IMG/VR virus record: IMGVR_UViG_3300033417_000020
Span: 1 to 43,075 of that record
Source of the DNA: a virus
Lineage: Duplodnaviria > Caudoviricetes
Length of the DNA stretch: 43,075 nucleotides
Reading direction: 5' to 3' (one strand)
Part shown: positions 17,806-27,603 of the stretch, piece by piece
Numbering within the stretch: position 1 is the stretch's first letter
Layout: each line of letters starts with the position of its first letter
Translations under genes and position numbers: made by a program
Notes under the pieces: model-generated
The model's database searches: none
The model's input: only the letters and a program-made list of their open reading frames with translations
What the model was told of the DNA's origin: nothing

Positions 17806-18302
17806 TCTACGCGCTCCGCAAGCTCGTCGAGGCCGACTTCACGGTGGCGGCGATCAACGCCCAACTCGCCATCCTGAACACGCTCTACACGCTCACGGTG
17901 CCGAACATCGTGACGGTCGCAGACGGGGCGGTGACGGTGGTCGGCGGGTTGCTGCCTGCGGCATTCCCGCTGGTGCTGCACTACATCGGGACGCAGCCGG
18001 TGAATGGGGAGCCGGCGAGCTTCGGGAAGCGCGACGTGCCGGACTGGCCGCTGCTCTTCACGTACCACACGCGGCGGCAGGATCTGGCGCTGGCGCGGCG
18101 GGACAGCGAAGTGACGCTCGAGGCCCTGCTCCCGCTCTACGAAGGGCTGATGGGGAAGGCGTTCGGGGCGACGCTCCGGCAGATCGTGGAGATCGGCACG
18201 TTCAGTCCCACGATCGAGGTGTTCGACACGAAGGACCAGGCGGTGGTGCGGATCGGTGGCGTGCTGCGCGGCAGCGTGATCGGCCGCACCCAAGGAGTCT
18301 GA
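17802..18302 (+). CDS. Putative tail terminator protein
   Basis: Position before the tail tube and size (166 aa). Confidence 0.45.
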   Translation: MIYALRKLVEADFTVAAINAQLAILNTLYTLTVPNIVTVADGAVTVVGGLLPAAFPLVLHYIGTQPVNGEPASFGKRDVPDWPLLFTYHTRRQDLALARRDSEVTLEALLPLYEGLMGKAFGATLRQIVEIGTFSPTIEVFDTKDQAVVRIGGVLRGSVIGRTQGV

Positions 18303-18305
18303 GCG

Positions 18306-19283
18306 ATGCCCCAGGTCAAGCGGTTCCAGGTCGTCTTCGCGAAGACGGAATCTGTGGAGGGCACGGATCCCGTCCCCACGGGGCCCGACGCCCTGCAGCT
18401 CGTGCAGCCCGCGGCCATCACCTGGGGCGCTTACCAGAACAACGAGCAGGACGACAAGGACAACGAGAAGCTCGAGCCGGACGCGCCCCTGGCCCCGAGC
18501 TACCCCTGGGCGGAGATCGCCTGCCGGCTCTACATCCGCGGCAAGGGCGCCGCCTACTCGACGACCGCCGGCCCCGAGCCCCACGCCGTGATCCCCGCGG
18601 CGGGGTTCTCGTCCACCCTCACGGCGTCGGAGTGGATCTACGACACGCTCTCGGCGGTCGCCGGCGGCTTGAAGACGCTGACGTTCTACGCCTTCAAGGG
18701 CCTCGATACCAACGTGTACGTCCTCCACAAGATCCTGGCCGCGCGGGTGAAGAGCCTCCGGTTCTCGGGCGAGGCGGGCCGGCCGGGGTTCCTCGACGTC
18801 GTGGCCCGGGGGGAGTACGTCGAGCCGACGGATACCGCGATCATCGCCCCGACCTACTTCACGAGCATCGCACCGCGGTTTGCGGCGGCGGGGTCGTGGG
18901 CGCTCGGGGCCTTCTCGACCGGGTTTGTGAAGCGGGCGAGCGTGACGATCGAGAACACCGTCGCCTTCCGCGAGAACGCGAACGCTGCGACGGTGCGGCA
19001 CCTCATCACCGGCCGGCGGCTCCTGTGGGACGTTGGGGTCGAGGCCGCGCGGGTGGCCGACTACAACCCCTGGCTCAAGTGGACCACGCGCGCGCAGGAG
19101 GCGCTGACGATGGTCTTCGGCACGGGCGGGGGCAACAACAAGCTCACGATCGCCGCCGACCGCGCGCAGATCACCGAGGAGCCCGCGAGCTACGAGGAGG
19201 AGAACGGCCTCATCCGCTTCGCGGCCAAGGGCGTGCTCGACCCCGGCGGGACGAACCGCATCAAGCTGACCTACAACACCTGA
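18306..19283 (+). CDS. Major tail tube protein
   Basis: VVFAKTESVEGTDPVPTG N-terminus, 325 aa, directly upstream of the chaperone and tape measure genes. Confidence 0.75.
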   Translation: MPQVKRFQVVFAKTESVEGTDPVPTGPDALQLVQPAAITWGAYQNNEQDDKDNEKLEPDAPLAPSYPWAEIACRLYIRGKGAAYSTTAGPEPHAVIPAAGFSSTLTASEWIYDTLSAVAGGLKTLTFYAFKGLDTNVYVLHKILAARVKSLRFSGEAGRPGFLDVVARGEYVEPTDTAIIAPTYFTSIAPRFAAAGSWALGAFSTGFVKRASVTIENTVAFRENANAATVRHLITGRRLLWDVGVEAARVADYNPWLKWTTRAQEALTMVFGTGGGNNKLTIAADRAQITEEPASYEEENGLIRFAAKGVLDPGGTNRIKLTYNT

Positions 19284-19666
19284 TGCCTTTCGATACGCGC
19301 GCGTGGGTGGAGGCGAACAGCCCCCCGGTCTTCATCGACCTGGACGGGAAGACGTACACGGGGCGGCTGTGGTCGCATCTCGAGTACATCAAGTGGCTGC
19401 GCGTCTTCCAGGCGTGGGTCGCCGGCGACCGCGACGAAGCGACCTACGAAGCCAAGCTGCGCGAGCTGATCGCGTCGATGGGGTTCTCCGAGGAGGCGAT
19501 CGCGCGGATGCTGAAACTGCCCGATGGGGCCTTTGAGGGGGTGCTGGCGGATTTTTTCGACCGCCAGCGCGCGGGGCGGACACGCTCGCCCTCAACGCCG
19601 GAGCCCCTGCCCCCAGCCCCGACGAGCCCGACGACCGCACCTGCGTCAGTACCCTCCGCTTCCTGA
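19283..19666 (+). CDS. Tail assembly chaperone (gpG-like)
   Basis: ATG at 19283 (MPFDTRAW...). Contains slippery T TTT TTC at 19552-19558. Confidence 0.75.
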   Translation: MPFDTRAWVEANSPPVFIDLDGKTYTGRLWSHLEYIKWLRVFQAWVAGDRDEATYEAKLRELIASMGFSEEAIARMLKLPDGAFEGVLADFFDRQRAGRTRSPSTPEPLPPAPTSPTTAPASVPSAS

Positions 19667-19794
19667 AGCACTGGCCCGGACTCTACTGGAGTCCGGTGTG
19701 GCAGACCACCGACGGCATCATCCCCTGGAAACTGTTCGCGCTCCTCTCGGACGATGAGCTGTTGAGCGAGGCCTTTCCCGAAGGAACGGAGTAG
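19552..19794 (+). CDS. -1 frameshift extension of tail chaperone (gpGT-like)
   Basis: The -1 frame is open from the slippery site to TAG 19792-19794, directly abutting the tape measure ATG 19795. Confidence 0.75.
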   Translation, partial: FFRPPARGADTLALNAGAPAPSPDEPDDRTCVSTLRFLKHWPGLYWSPVWQTTDGIIPWKLFALLSDDELLSEAFPEGTE

Positions 19795-21243
19795 ATGGCG
19801 AGCACCCCTGAAGCCCGGCTGAAGATCATCGCCGAGAACCTGGCCCGCGCCGCGCTCGCCGAGCTGAAGCGCGACGTGCAGGGGACCGGCACGGCCGCCT
19901 CCGGGGCGTCGATCGGGTTCGGGAAGATGGTGTTCGCCAACGGCCAGCTGATTGCCTCGACCGCCACCGCGCGCCGCGGTCTCGGGCTATTCCAGAACGG
20001 GCTCCAGCTGCTCGCCTTCCAGGCGGCGGGGATCCCCGGACCGCTCGGCAGGGCGGCGGCGGGCATCGGGCTTCTCGGCGTGGGGTCGCTCGTCGTGACC
20101 GGAGGGATCGCGGGGCTCGGCGCGCTCGCCCTCGGGTGGAACGTCCTGACGAAAGACGTCACCGCCTCGACGGCCGCGATCACCAAGTTCGGTGAAGGCT
20201 TGAACACCGCGAGCACCCCGGGCCAGCGGTTCAAGGTGCTGATCGCCGACCTCGACCAGGACCTCGACAAGATGACGGGTCGCTTCCGGGGGATGGCGGA
20301 CTTCCTCGCGCACGTGCCCGGCGGCGGCGCGGCCTTCATCGATCTGCTCGAGGTGTTGGAACGCCGGCAGCGCACGAAGGGCGAGGAGGCGGGCGTGGGG
20401 GCGGCCCTGGCGGTGCGGCAAGCCCGGCTCGCGCAGGGTGAGGCCCTCATCGACAAGCTCCGGCTCGAGGCCGACGCCGTGGGGAAGACGGCTGCCGAGA
20501 CTGCCCGCCTGCACGCGGCCGAGCTGGGCCTGAGCGCCGATCGCACGGCGGCGCTCGTGGCGGAGGCGACCCGCCTCGAGCGGCGCAAGGAGGAGAACCG
20601 CGTCCTCGCGGCGCAAAAGGATCTGCTCCAGGAGATCGCGGACATCAGCCGCGAGACCGAGCAGTTCGGCGCCTTCGACGTGCAGCGGCTCCGCGTGCCC
20701 GGGCTCGCGGACTTCCAGGCGCAGGAAGTGGCGCGACGGGCGACGTTGGACGTCGCCGCGCTCGAGCGGCAGGGAGGCGCCTTCGGCTTTGGTCTCGGCC
20801 AGGACTTCTTCGACCGCGCCCAGGCGGACGTCGATGCCGCGATCGCCAGCTTCCCCGAGAAGGCGGGGAAGCCGGCCGGCCAGCTCATGGCCCTGAGCTT
20901 CCTGCAGGCCATCGCAGCGTCCCAGCAGGGGGGCGCCGCGGGCGTCTTCGGTGCGTTGGGGGGCATCGCGACTGGCGCCTCTGCCCTGAAAGGCGCGCCG
21001 GACTTTCTCGGCCCGTTGGGCTTCGGCTTGTCGCTCGTGGGGAGCGCGTTCAGTCTGTTCGACCGGAAGTCCGATGAGCGCGAGCGCAACGAGGAGCGCC
21101 GGCACCGGCAGCTCCTGGGGACGCTGCATGACGGATTCCTGCGTGTCCAGTTCCTCAACGCCGACGGCACCCCCGAAGGCGGGCTGTACGAGCTCCGCCG
21201 CGCCGAACGCCTGGGCGGTGAGCCGCGGCTGGGGGGCCTGTGA
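19795..21243 (+). CDS. Tape measure protein (short, 482 aa)
   Basis: Ala/Gly-rich helical protein after the G/GT genes. ARLKIIAENLARAAL start and hydrophobic segments. Confidence 0.7.
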   Translation: MASTPEARLKIIAENLARAALAELKRDVQGTGTAASGASIGFGKMVFANGQLIASTATARRGLGLFQNGLQLLAFQAAGIPGPLGRAAAGIGLLGVGSLVVTGGIAGLGALALGWNVLTKDVTASTAAITKFGEGLNTASTPGQRFKVLIADLDQDLDKMTGRFRGMADFLAHVPGGGAAFIDLLEVLERRQRTKGEEAGVGAALAVRQARLAQGEALIDKLRLEADAVGKTAAETARLHAAELGLSADRTAALVAEATRLERRKEENRVLAAQKDLLQEIADISRETEQFGAFDVQRLRVPGLADFQAQEVARRATLDVAALERQGGAFGFGLGQDFFDRAQADVDAAIASFPEKAGKPAGQLMALSFLQAIAASQQGGAAGVFGALGGIATGASALKGAPDFLGPLGFGLSLVGSAFSLFDRKSDERERNEERRHRQLLGTLHDGFLRVQFLNADGTPEGGLYELRRAERLGGEPRLGGL

Positions 21244-22064
21244 GCGCCCTCCTCTGCGTAGACAACCTGTTCGACACCGTCGAGCAGTATCCGGACCACA
21301 CGGTCACGGCCGAAGAGGAGCCGGCGGGGTTCGAGGCGCATCGTTTCGCGGCGGGGCGGCGCGACCAGCACGCGTCCGCGACGACGGCCGACTCCGACTG
21401 GTGGATCAAGAGCGTCTTCGACCGCGTGCGGGCCTTCGATTTCATCTGCCTGTGGGATCACAACCTGGCGGGCGAGACCGTCCGCATTCAGGCGTCGGAC
21501 GACGACTTCGGGACGATCCAGACGGTCTTCGACGCGGCGCTGCCGACGGTGCCCGGGACCGGCGACGTGGACGACGCGCTCGGCGTGCTGTGCGAGGACG
21601 GCATGATGTGGCTCAAACGGGTGCCGGTCCGCGCGGCGGCCGCCGTGCGCATCTACTCGGTGGCGATGGGCGCGGGGCTCAAGCCCCTCCTGAACGGCCT
21701 CGTCGGCCTGTCCTACAGCTTCGATCGCGACATGGGCGAGCTCGTGGAGGCCAACGATCTCCTCGCGACCCGGGAGCGCAACGAGGCGGGCTACGTGGGC
21801 CAGGGCCGCCGCACCGTGTTCCCGTCTGGTGTCGTGCCGATCCACCACACCACGTTCGATGCCTACGAGCAGTTCCGGTATCACCTCAAGCGGTACGGGG
21901 CGGGGTCGTCCGCCGTCCTGATCTTCGACGAAGCCCGCGCCGAGCAGGCCTTGATGGTGCGGCGGCCGGACCAGCGGCTCGGGTTCCGCCAAGACCGCTC
22001 CTACTTCTATCCGTTCGGCCAGCTGCCCTATGAGGTGCATGAGCCGAAGGAAGGGGCGCTCTAA
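21240..22064 (+). CDS. Minor tail protein (distal-tail position)
   Basis: GTGA-coupled to the tape measure gene. DHNLAG..VRIQASDD motif. Confidence 0.55.
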   Translation: MSALLCVDNLFDTVEQYPDHTVTAEEEPAGFEAHRFAAGRRDQHASATTADSDWWIKSVFDRVRAFDFICLWDHNLAGETVRIQASDDDFGTIQTVFDAALPTVPGTGDVDDALGVLCEDGMMWLKRVPVRAAAAVRIYSVAMGAGLKPLLNGLVGLSYSFDRDMGELVEANDLLATRERNEAGYVGQGRRTVFPSGVVPIHHTTFDAYEQFRYHLKRYGAGSSAVLIFDEARAEQALMVRRPDQRLGFRQDRSYFYPFGQLPYEVHEPKEGAL

Positions 22065-23362
22065 TGGCCGCCGTGCAGACCCGGGACATCCTGCTCCGCG
22101 TGGGGGGCCGGACGCTGCACCGCCTGGGCGTGCTCGCGGCGGCGGGCGCGGGGCGCGGGTACGTCGAGGTCAAGGAGACCTTCACCCGGGCAGCGGTGCG
22201 GCGGTTCCGCGACCGCGACGGGATCGGCAAGAAGGCCGCCGCAGACAAGGTCGCGATCGAGTACCCGGGCGAGCTGTCGGGGCTGGTGGATCAGTTCGGC
22301 TATCCCTACGGCGGGCCGGTGCTGAACGGGGCGCGGACGCAGCTCGTCACGGACCCAGAAAACTTCGGCGCGTGGAGCGTTGACGGAACGCCGGTTCTTA
22401 CGAGCGCCCAAGCAGACCCCTTCGCCGCGACGGCGGCGTATCTATTCGATGATAACGACGCGGCTGCTGCGGAGCGCGTGTGGCAGATCGTCGGTTTCAC
22501 TGCCGACGCGACGAAGGCACTCTCGATCTTCATGCGGGCGGGCACCTCGGCCAATAGCATGTTTGGGCTATTCGACCTGACCGCAGGCGTCTGGCGCCAC
22601 AGGGTCAATGTAGCGTGGAGCGGCGGTGTGCCAACGCTGTCCACGGACCAGGGAACCGGGACACTCTTCGCCGTCGAGAATTGGGGCGGCGGGTGGTATC
22701 GGCTCTCGGCCAGCGTCAACGCGGTGGTTGCGGCGAACACCAATCGGTTTTACCTCCTGCCGACGCAGGACATCGTTGGACAGACTGGCACGGCCTACTT
22801 CTTCGGCGCCAACGCCTGGAACGCGCCCTTCCCGTCGAGCTACCAGGGGCCGGGCGAAGCGGCCGGGGCGGGGGACAGCCTCACGCTCCCGTTCAACTTC
22901 GGGCCGATGGACCTCACCGTGCTGGCCCGAGTCGCCAGGCCGGTGTGGGCGGATGCGAGCGGAAGCATTCCGACAGTCAACGTTTTCTCGCTTGGGGTAG
23001 ATGCCAGTTTTGTCAAAGGCCTTGAGCTTGGCGGACTCGCCTCGGCGCGCCAGTGGGATGCCACGCTGTACGGCAACACCGGGGCCTTCTCGCGGGTGCT
23101 CACGAATATCGCCGCCGGTGCGGAACAACGGGTCAGCCTCCAAGCCAAGAACATGGGGACGGCTGCTCCACTCGTTGCGATGGATGTAGGAACGGGACTC
23201 TCTGCGTTCGACGATGGTGCGGATAGCATTAGCGCGTGGGACAACCAGACGCTGTATGTGGGCAGGCACGGCGTTGCTGGGCAGGAACTCGAAAGCGTCC
23301 TCCTCGACTTGATCTTCGCCAGAAATCTCCACTCTCTACAGGAGATGCTTGAGATCCCATGA
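22064..23362 (+). CDS. Tail spike/fibre-type protein with carbohydrate-binding-like domains
   Basis: VENWGGGWYRLS...YFFGANA...PSSY motif. Internal segments have lower GC. Confidence 0.55.
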   Translation: MAAVQTRDILLRVGGRTLHRLGVLAAAGAGRGYVEVKETFTRAAVRRFRDRDGIGKKAAADKVAIEYPGELSGLVDQFGYPYGGPVLNGARTQLVTDPENFGAWSVDGTPVLTSAQADPFAATAAYLFDDNDAAAAERVWQIVGFTADATKALSIFMRAGTSANSMFGLFDLTAGVWRHRVNVAWSGGVPTLSTDQGTGTLFAVENWGGGWYRLSASVNAVVAANTNRFYLLPTQDIVGQTGTAYFFGANAWNAPFPSSYQGPGEAAGAGDSLTLPFNFGPMDLTVLARVARPVWADASGSIPTVNVFSLGVDASFVKGLELGGLASARQWDATLYGNTGAFSRVLTNIAAGAEQRVSLQAKNMGTAAPLVAMDVGTGLSAFDDGADSISAWDNQTLYVGRHGVAGQELESVLLDLIFARNLHSLQEMLEIP

Positions 23363-23451
23363 AGACGAAACGGTGCAAAGACTGCGGGCAGGAGGCGGCA
23401 ATCTCCTATCTGAGGCTCCACTCGTTGGCCGAGATGGAGGCCGTGCCCTAG
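23359..23451 (+). CDS. 30-aa micro-ORF
   Basis: MKTKRCKDCGQEAAISYLRLHSLAEMEAVP*. ATGA overlap upstream and its TAG abuts ATG 23452. Confidence 0.4.
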   Translation: MKTKRCKDCGQEAAISYLRLHSLAEMEAVP

Positions 23452-26400
23452 ATGCGGCCGGTCCATCCCAACCTGCTGGCGCTGCTCCGGCGGGAGCCGT
23501 CGCGCCTGCGCTACCCCGTCGAAGCGCATGGCATTACCAGCGCCGCCATCAAGCAGACCAAGGCGCACTGGCTCGCCGGCGACGGCCCGCCCTCCGGCGC
23601 GGACTTCGAATTCGTCGTGGACGGGGGCTTGCGGCTGGCCTCGACCATCGCCGCCCTGATCAGTTCCTCCACGGGATCGAGCTTCTTCACCGACCTGAAC
23701 CGCGCCGACCCGTTTACGGTGGGCGTCGTCTCGCTCGGGGGGACGGAAGATCCCAACGTCGAGATCATGCGGGTCAAGGCCAACCTGCACCCCAACCGCG
23801 ACGGCAGCGGCAAGACCGTGGTGTGGTGGGTCTGCGAATTGTATCGCGTCTTCAGTTACCACCGTTCGGCCCCCGTGGGGGCCGCCATCGGCCTCATGCC
23901 CCTCTGTGCGCCGCTCCGGGTGCCAGCCCTCGGGGAAGCGGCTGGCGACGTGACGTTCGACTTCTCGACGCTCGCCGTGCGGCCACGTCCGAAAGCCTTG
24001 GGGTCGGCGGAGCTGTATAACGCGCCTGACAACGTCTGGCAGCGCGATCCGACCGTCGTCGTCTTCATCTACGGCCTCAAGGCCGATGGGAGCGGCGCCA
24101 CCAACGTCGGCTGGGGTTGCGACAACACGATCACGAGCTTCGGCACGGGCAACGTGCTGCGGGGCTGGACGCTGCGGTACCCGACCGTCCGGGCCCGGGA
24201 GCCCTGGCTCGTGGATGGCGCCGACGCCGGCGTCACGAACGTCCCCAAGCTCACCATCGAGACGGGCAGCTTCACTGAGGCGACGATCACGTTCTCCAGC
24301 GGCAACCTCCTCGGCCTCGGGGCCGCGCCGACGGGCCGCGTCTATCTCGCCGGGCTGGCCGACACGCCACCCGGGACGTCGGTGACGTTCCGGATCCGCA
24401 ACGACGCGGACTCGGCCTTTGTGGCGTACCTGGACGGCCAGGCGTTTGATGAGATCGGCCTCACCGCGACCCAGCTCCGGAAGGTGCAGGCGACGCTCAC
24501 GCCCAACGCCGCCGGGAACCTCACGCCCACCCTCCGCAAGCTCGGCATGGAAGAGAAGACGATCGTCGATCTCTCCCATGTCGCGCACATCGTGCGGTAC
24601 AACAGCCACGTGGACCCGGTGACCCTCGAGGGCCGGATCACCACCGCTACACTGCGCGCGGTGAAGAATGGCGTCCGGGATTTTCGCTCGACGATCGAGG
24701 ACCTGCTGACCACCTACGATCTCGTCAATCTCGAGTTCCGCTGGTACGCCGGGGCCACGGCGCTGCCCAGGAGCCAGTGGACGCTGATCGAGAGCTTCGT
24801 CGTGGTGGACGACTTCGAGCCCGACGCCGCCGCGGTGGGAATCGAGCTGCTGGGGGCCAACGCCCTGATCGCCGCCGCGCTGCCCAAGTACGACCTCTCG
24901 GGCTCGGGGGTCGAGACCCCGGACAGCACGGTGACGAACCCGGGCGCCTGGACGGACCAGGGCGGCGGCTCGACCAACATCCACCTGACGATCGACGAGG
25001 CCGTCTCGGACGACACCGATTACGTGCGGTCCCCCACGTCCCCGAGCAACGCGGCGGTGGAGTTCGGTCTCTCCAATCTCGCCGATCCGAACCGTGACAC
25101 CGGGCACTTCGTGGACTTCCGGTTCAAGAAGGACGCGACGGGGGGCGAGGTCCTGTCGCTCGTCGTCGAGCTGCGCCAAGGGGCCGTGGTCAAGATGACG
25201 AGCGACCCCCTCACGGTGCCGGATGAGTGGACGGACCAGTCGCTCGCGCTCTCGGCCGCCCAGGCGCAGAGCATCTCGGACTACACCGACCTGCGGGTAC
25301 GGCTGATCGCCACCGTCGTCTCGGGCTCCGGGGCGCGCCGGGTGCAGGTCTCCTGGGCCCAGCTCCGCGTGACGGGCCAACGTGCCGCGCTCGTCTACAC
25401 GAACCAGCCGGCGGACGTGGTCTATGCGGATCTGCTCAATCAGGCGGAGGTGCCGGGCCGCCACCAGGGCCCTGGGATCCTGGACACCCTGACGGTCTCA
25501 AAGACGATCACGGACGCGAACGCCATCGACGAGCTGCAGGTCCTCACCGCGGCGTTCGGCAAGGCCGTCGTCTCGTCCCAGGGGCGGATCGTCGCGGTGG
25601 ATTTCTTCGACAAACGCGCCCCGGTCGCGCACTTCCCGGAGGAGCGGGTGATCCCCCTGCGCATCGTGCCCGGCTTCCGCGAACGGCGGCCGCGGGTGTC
25701 CGTGCGCTGGAATTGGGATCCGGCGAACAGCCGGTTCCTCGACGAGGCGATCTGGCAGAGCACGGTCGCCCTGACCAAGCTCGGCCCCGGGCGCGTCGAT
25801 GCCGAGGAGCGATGGTCCGACGAATCCGGGAAGTGGATCTATTCGGGCGCGCAGGCCAAGGAGATCGCCCGGCGCACGGGCGAAGCCCTCGCGACCGGCC
25901 TGCTGCTGTGGCAGTATCGGGCGCTCGACGCGTACCCCGAGATCGAGCCGGCCGATCCCGTGACGATCGGCACGACGCGCTTCCTCGCGAAGGACCCGCA
26001 CTCCGCTCGGGCGCTCCGCGGCGTGCTCGTCGCCCTCGCGCGCGTGACGGATGTGACGTTCGAGCACGGGGTCTGGGGGTTCACCGGCTGGTTGACCAAC
26101 GGCTACGCCGACATCTTCGCGGCCGGCGCGGAGAATTACCTCTCGAGCATTGGGCCGAAGCCCCGGATCGTGGAGCTCGAGCCCAACGTCAGCCAGACGG
26201 GCGCGGTGACGGCGAAGGTCAAGGTGGAGGAGGGCACGTCGATCCGCGTGGCGGCCGCGGCGGGCAGCGCCCCGAGCGATGCGACGGTCCGGGCGGCCAC
26301 GCTCGTCGTGCTGGATACCCAGGGGGTCGGGGTCACGGGCTCGCTGGTGACGCTCACCGCCGGCCAGAAGGGCGTGCTCCGGGCCTTCGCCTACGAGAAG

Positions 26401-27156
26401 GCGGACGGCGCGGGCGCGGAATCGCTCGCGGCGGAGACGGAGATCAGTCACTACGAGGGCGGCGTCACGATTGAGGCGGTGGAGAAGTCGCGCACCGCCT
26501 ACCAGATCACCTACCGCGCGACGGCGCGGGATGCCGACGGGGACCAGGTCCGCATCGCGTACCGCACGCGCCTCGTGAGCGCCGGTCCGTCCGAGGACTA
26601 CGCCAGCCCGGCGCCGAGCTTTGACCCCACCTCGAACTACGGGACGCAGCCGCGGGGCTTCGACATCGTCCTCGACCGGACGTTCGGCGCGGGGAGCGAC
26701 CGCTGGCTCGAGTGTTGGGCGGAGGAACAGAACGGCAACCGGGGGCCGATCATCCGGGAGCTCATCCCGGCCATCAGCTCGAGCGATGCGGAGAGCGCGA
26801 TCACCAGCTTTGGCGCCAGCGGCGCGTTTGGCGGCACCTGTCCCACCCGGCAGATCACGGACACGATTACGTGGAGCGAGACGGGCGGGCCGGTGACGAC
26901 GCCGGCGGCGTGGCTCGCCAAGCTCTACGTGTGCGAGCAGGACACGTCCGGCTGCTCGCCACCGGATGTCGGGCCCTTCAACAGCGACGCCGTGAGCGGG
27001 GCGACGCGCGCCCCGGTGGGCGACCCCGGCATCACCGAGGGCGCGACCTTCAGCGTCTTCCGGAAGTACCGGATCAGCCTCGAGAACGCCTACGGGGACA
27101 TCGTGGATGACGACGTGAGTAGCGAGCTCTCGAACACTTACAACTTCTGCGCATAG
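23452..27156 (+). CDS. Large tail tip/host-recognition protein
   Basis: 1234 aa, beta-rich, strong codon bias, at the end of the tail module. Confidence 0.7.
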   Translation: MRPVHPNLLALLRREPSRLRYPVEAHGITSAAIKQTKAHWLAGDGPPSGADFEFVVDGGLRLASTIAALISSSTGSSFFTDLNRADPFTVGVVSLGGTEDPNVEIMRVKANLHPNRDGSGKTVVWWVCELYRVFSYHRSAPVGAAIGLMPLCAPLRVPALGEAAGDVTFDFSTLAVRPRPKALGSAELYNAPDNVWQRDPTVVVFIYGLKADGSGATNVGWGCDNTITSFGTGNVLRGWTLRYPTVRAREPWLVDGADAGVTNVPKLTIETGSFTEATITFSSGNLLGLGAAPTGRVYLAGLADTPPGTSVTFRIRNDADSAFVAYLDGQAFDEIGLTATQLRKVQATLTPNAAGNLTPTLRKLGMEEKTIVDLSHVAHIVRYNSHVDPVTLEGRITTATLRAVKNGVRDFRSTIEDLLTTYDLVNLEFRWYAGATALPRSQWTLIESFVVVDDFEPDAAAVGIELLGANALIAAALPKYDLSGSGVETPDSTVTNPGAWTDQGGGSTNIHLTIDEAVSDDTDYVRSPTSPSNAAVEFGLSNLADPNRDTGHFVDFRFKKDATGGEVLSLVVELRQGAVVKMTSDPLTVPDEWTDQSLALSAAQAQSISDYTDLRVRLIATVVSGSGARRVQVSWAQLRVTGQRAALVYTNQPADVVYADLLNQAEVPGRHQGPGILDTLTVSKTITDANAIDELQVLTAAFGKAVVSSQGRIVAVDFFDKRAPVAHFPEERVIPLRIVPGFRERRPRVSVRWNWDPANSRFLDEAIWQSTVALTKLGPGRVDAEERWSDESGKWIYSGAQAKEIARRTGEALATGLLLWQYRALDAYPEIEPADPVTIGTTRFLAKDPHSARALRGVLVALARVTDVTFEHGVWGFTGWLTNGYADIFAAGAENYLSSIGPKPRIVELEPNVSQTGAVTAKVKVEEGTSIRVAAAAGSAPSDATVRAATLVVLDTQGVGVTGSLVTLTAGQKGVLRAFAYEKADGAGAESLAAETEISHYEGGVTIEAVEKSRTAYQITYRATARDADGDQVRIAYRTRLVSAGPSEDYASPAPSFDPTSNYGTQPRGFDIVLDRTFGAGSDRWLECWAEEQNGNRGPIIRELIPAISSSDAESAITSFGASGAFGGTCPTRQITDTITWSETGGPVTTPAAWLAKLYVCEQDTSGCSPPDVGPFNSDAVSGATRAPVGDPGITEGATFSVFRKYRISLENAYGDIVDDDVSSELSNTYNFCA

Positions 27157-27173
27157 GGGGAGGGCTGGTCCAT

Positions 27174-27602
27174 ATGGCGCGCCGACTCTGGATCTACGTC
27201 AGCAAGACCGACCTGGCCGAGACCTATGCGACGATCGCCGAGCAGGCCGTCGCGCAAGCGGAGGCGGACGCGCACCTCGGCGTCGCGAACTGGCGGGAGT
27301 GGGACTTCACGCCGCGGATCGGCGGGCCGCTCGGGGAGCTCGTCAACCTCGCCCGCGAGCGCGTGCCCAGCGCCGACGGCACGGGCCGCTGGCGCTGGCG
27401 CACCGTCGCCGACGTCATCAAGCACTGGCTTGGGGAAATGGCGGTGGTGGTCTGCCCTGCCTGCGATCAACCCACGACCGAGGACAAGACGCTCGAGATC
27501 CGGCAGCTGATCGCGGAACATCGCGCCCGGGTGGCGGCGCTCGAAGCCCGCGTGGCCGACCTCGAGGCGGAGCTCGCCGCGGCGCCGGCGGACACCGGCT
27601 AA
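27174..27602 (+). CDS. Hypothetical tail-associated protein with C-terminal coiled coil
   Basis: SD GGAGG. RVAALEARVADLEAEL heptads. Confidence 0.6.
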   Translation: MARRLWIYVSKTDLAETYATIAEQAVAQAEADAHLGVANWREWDFTPRIGGPLGELVNLARERVPSADGTGRWRWRTVADVIKHWLGEMAVVVCPACDQPTTEDKTLEIRQLIAEHRARVAALEARVADLEAELAAAPADTG

Positions 27603-27603
27603 G

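Noticed and set aside
11331-25464. Long antisense and alternate-frame ORFs (e.g. 11331..13076-, 15277..17274-, 19683..22040-, 22840..25464-)
   Set aside because: These are shadow ORFs expected in high-GC DNA opposite well-supported structural genes. They are Arg/Pro-rich with no motifs.
22064-27156. Diversity-generating retroelement or invertible tail-fibre cassette
   Set aside because: No reverse transcriptase, no template/variable repeat pair, and no invertase or flanking inverted sites were seen.
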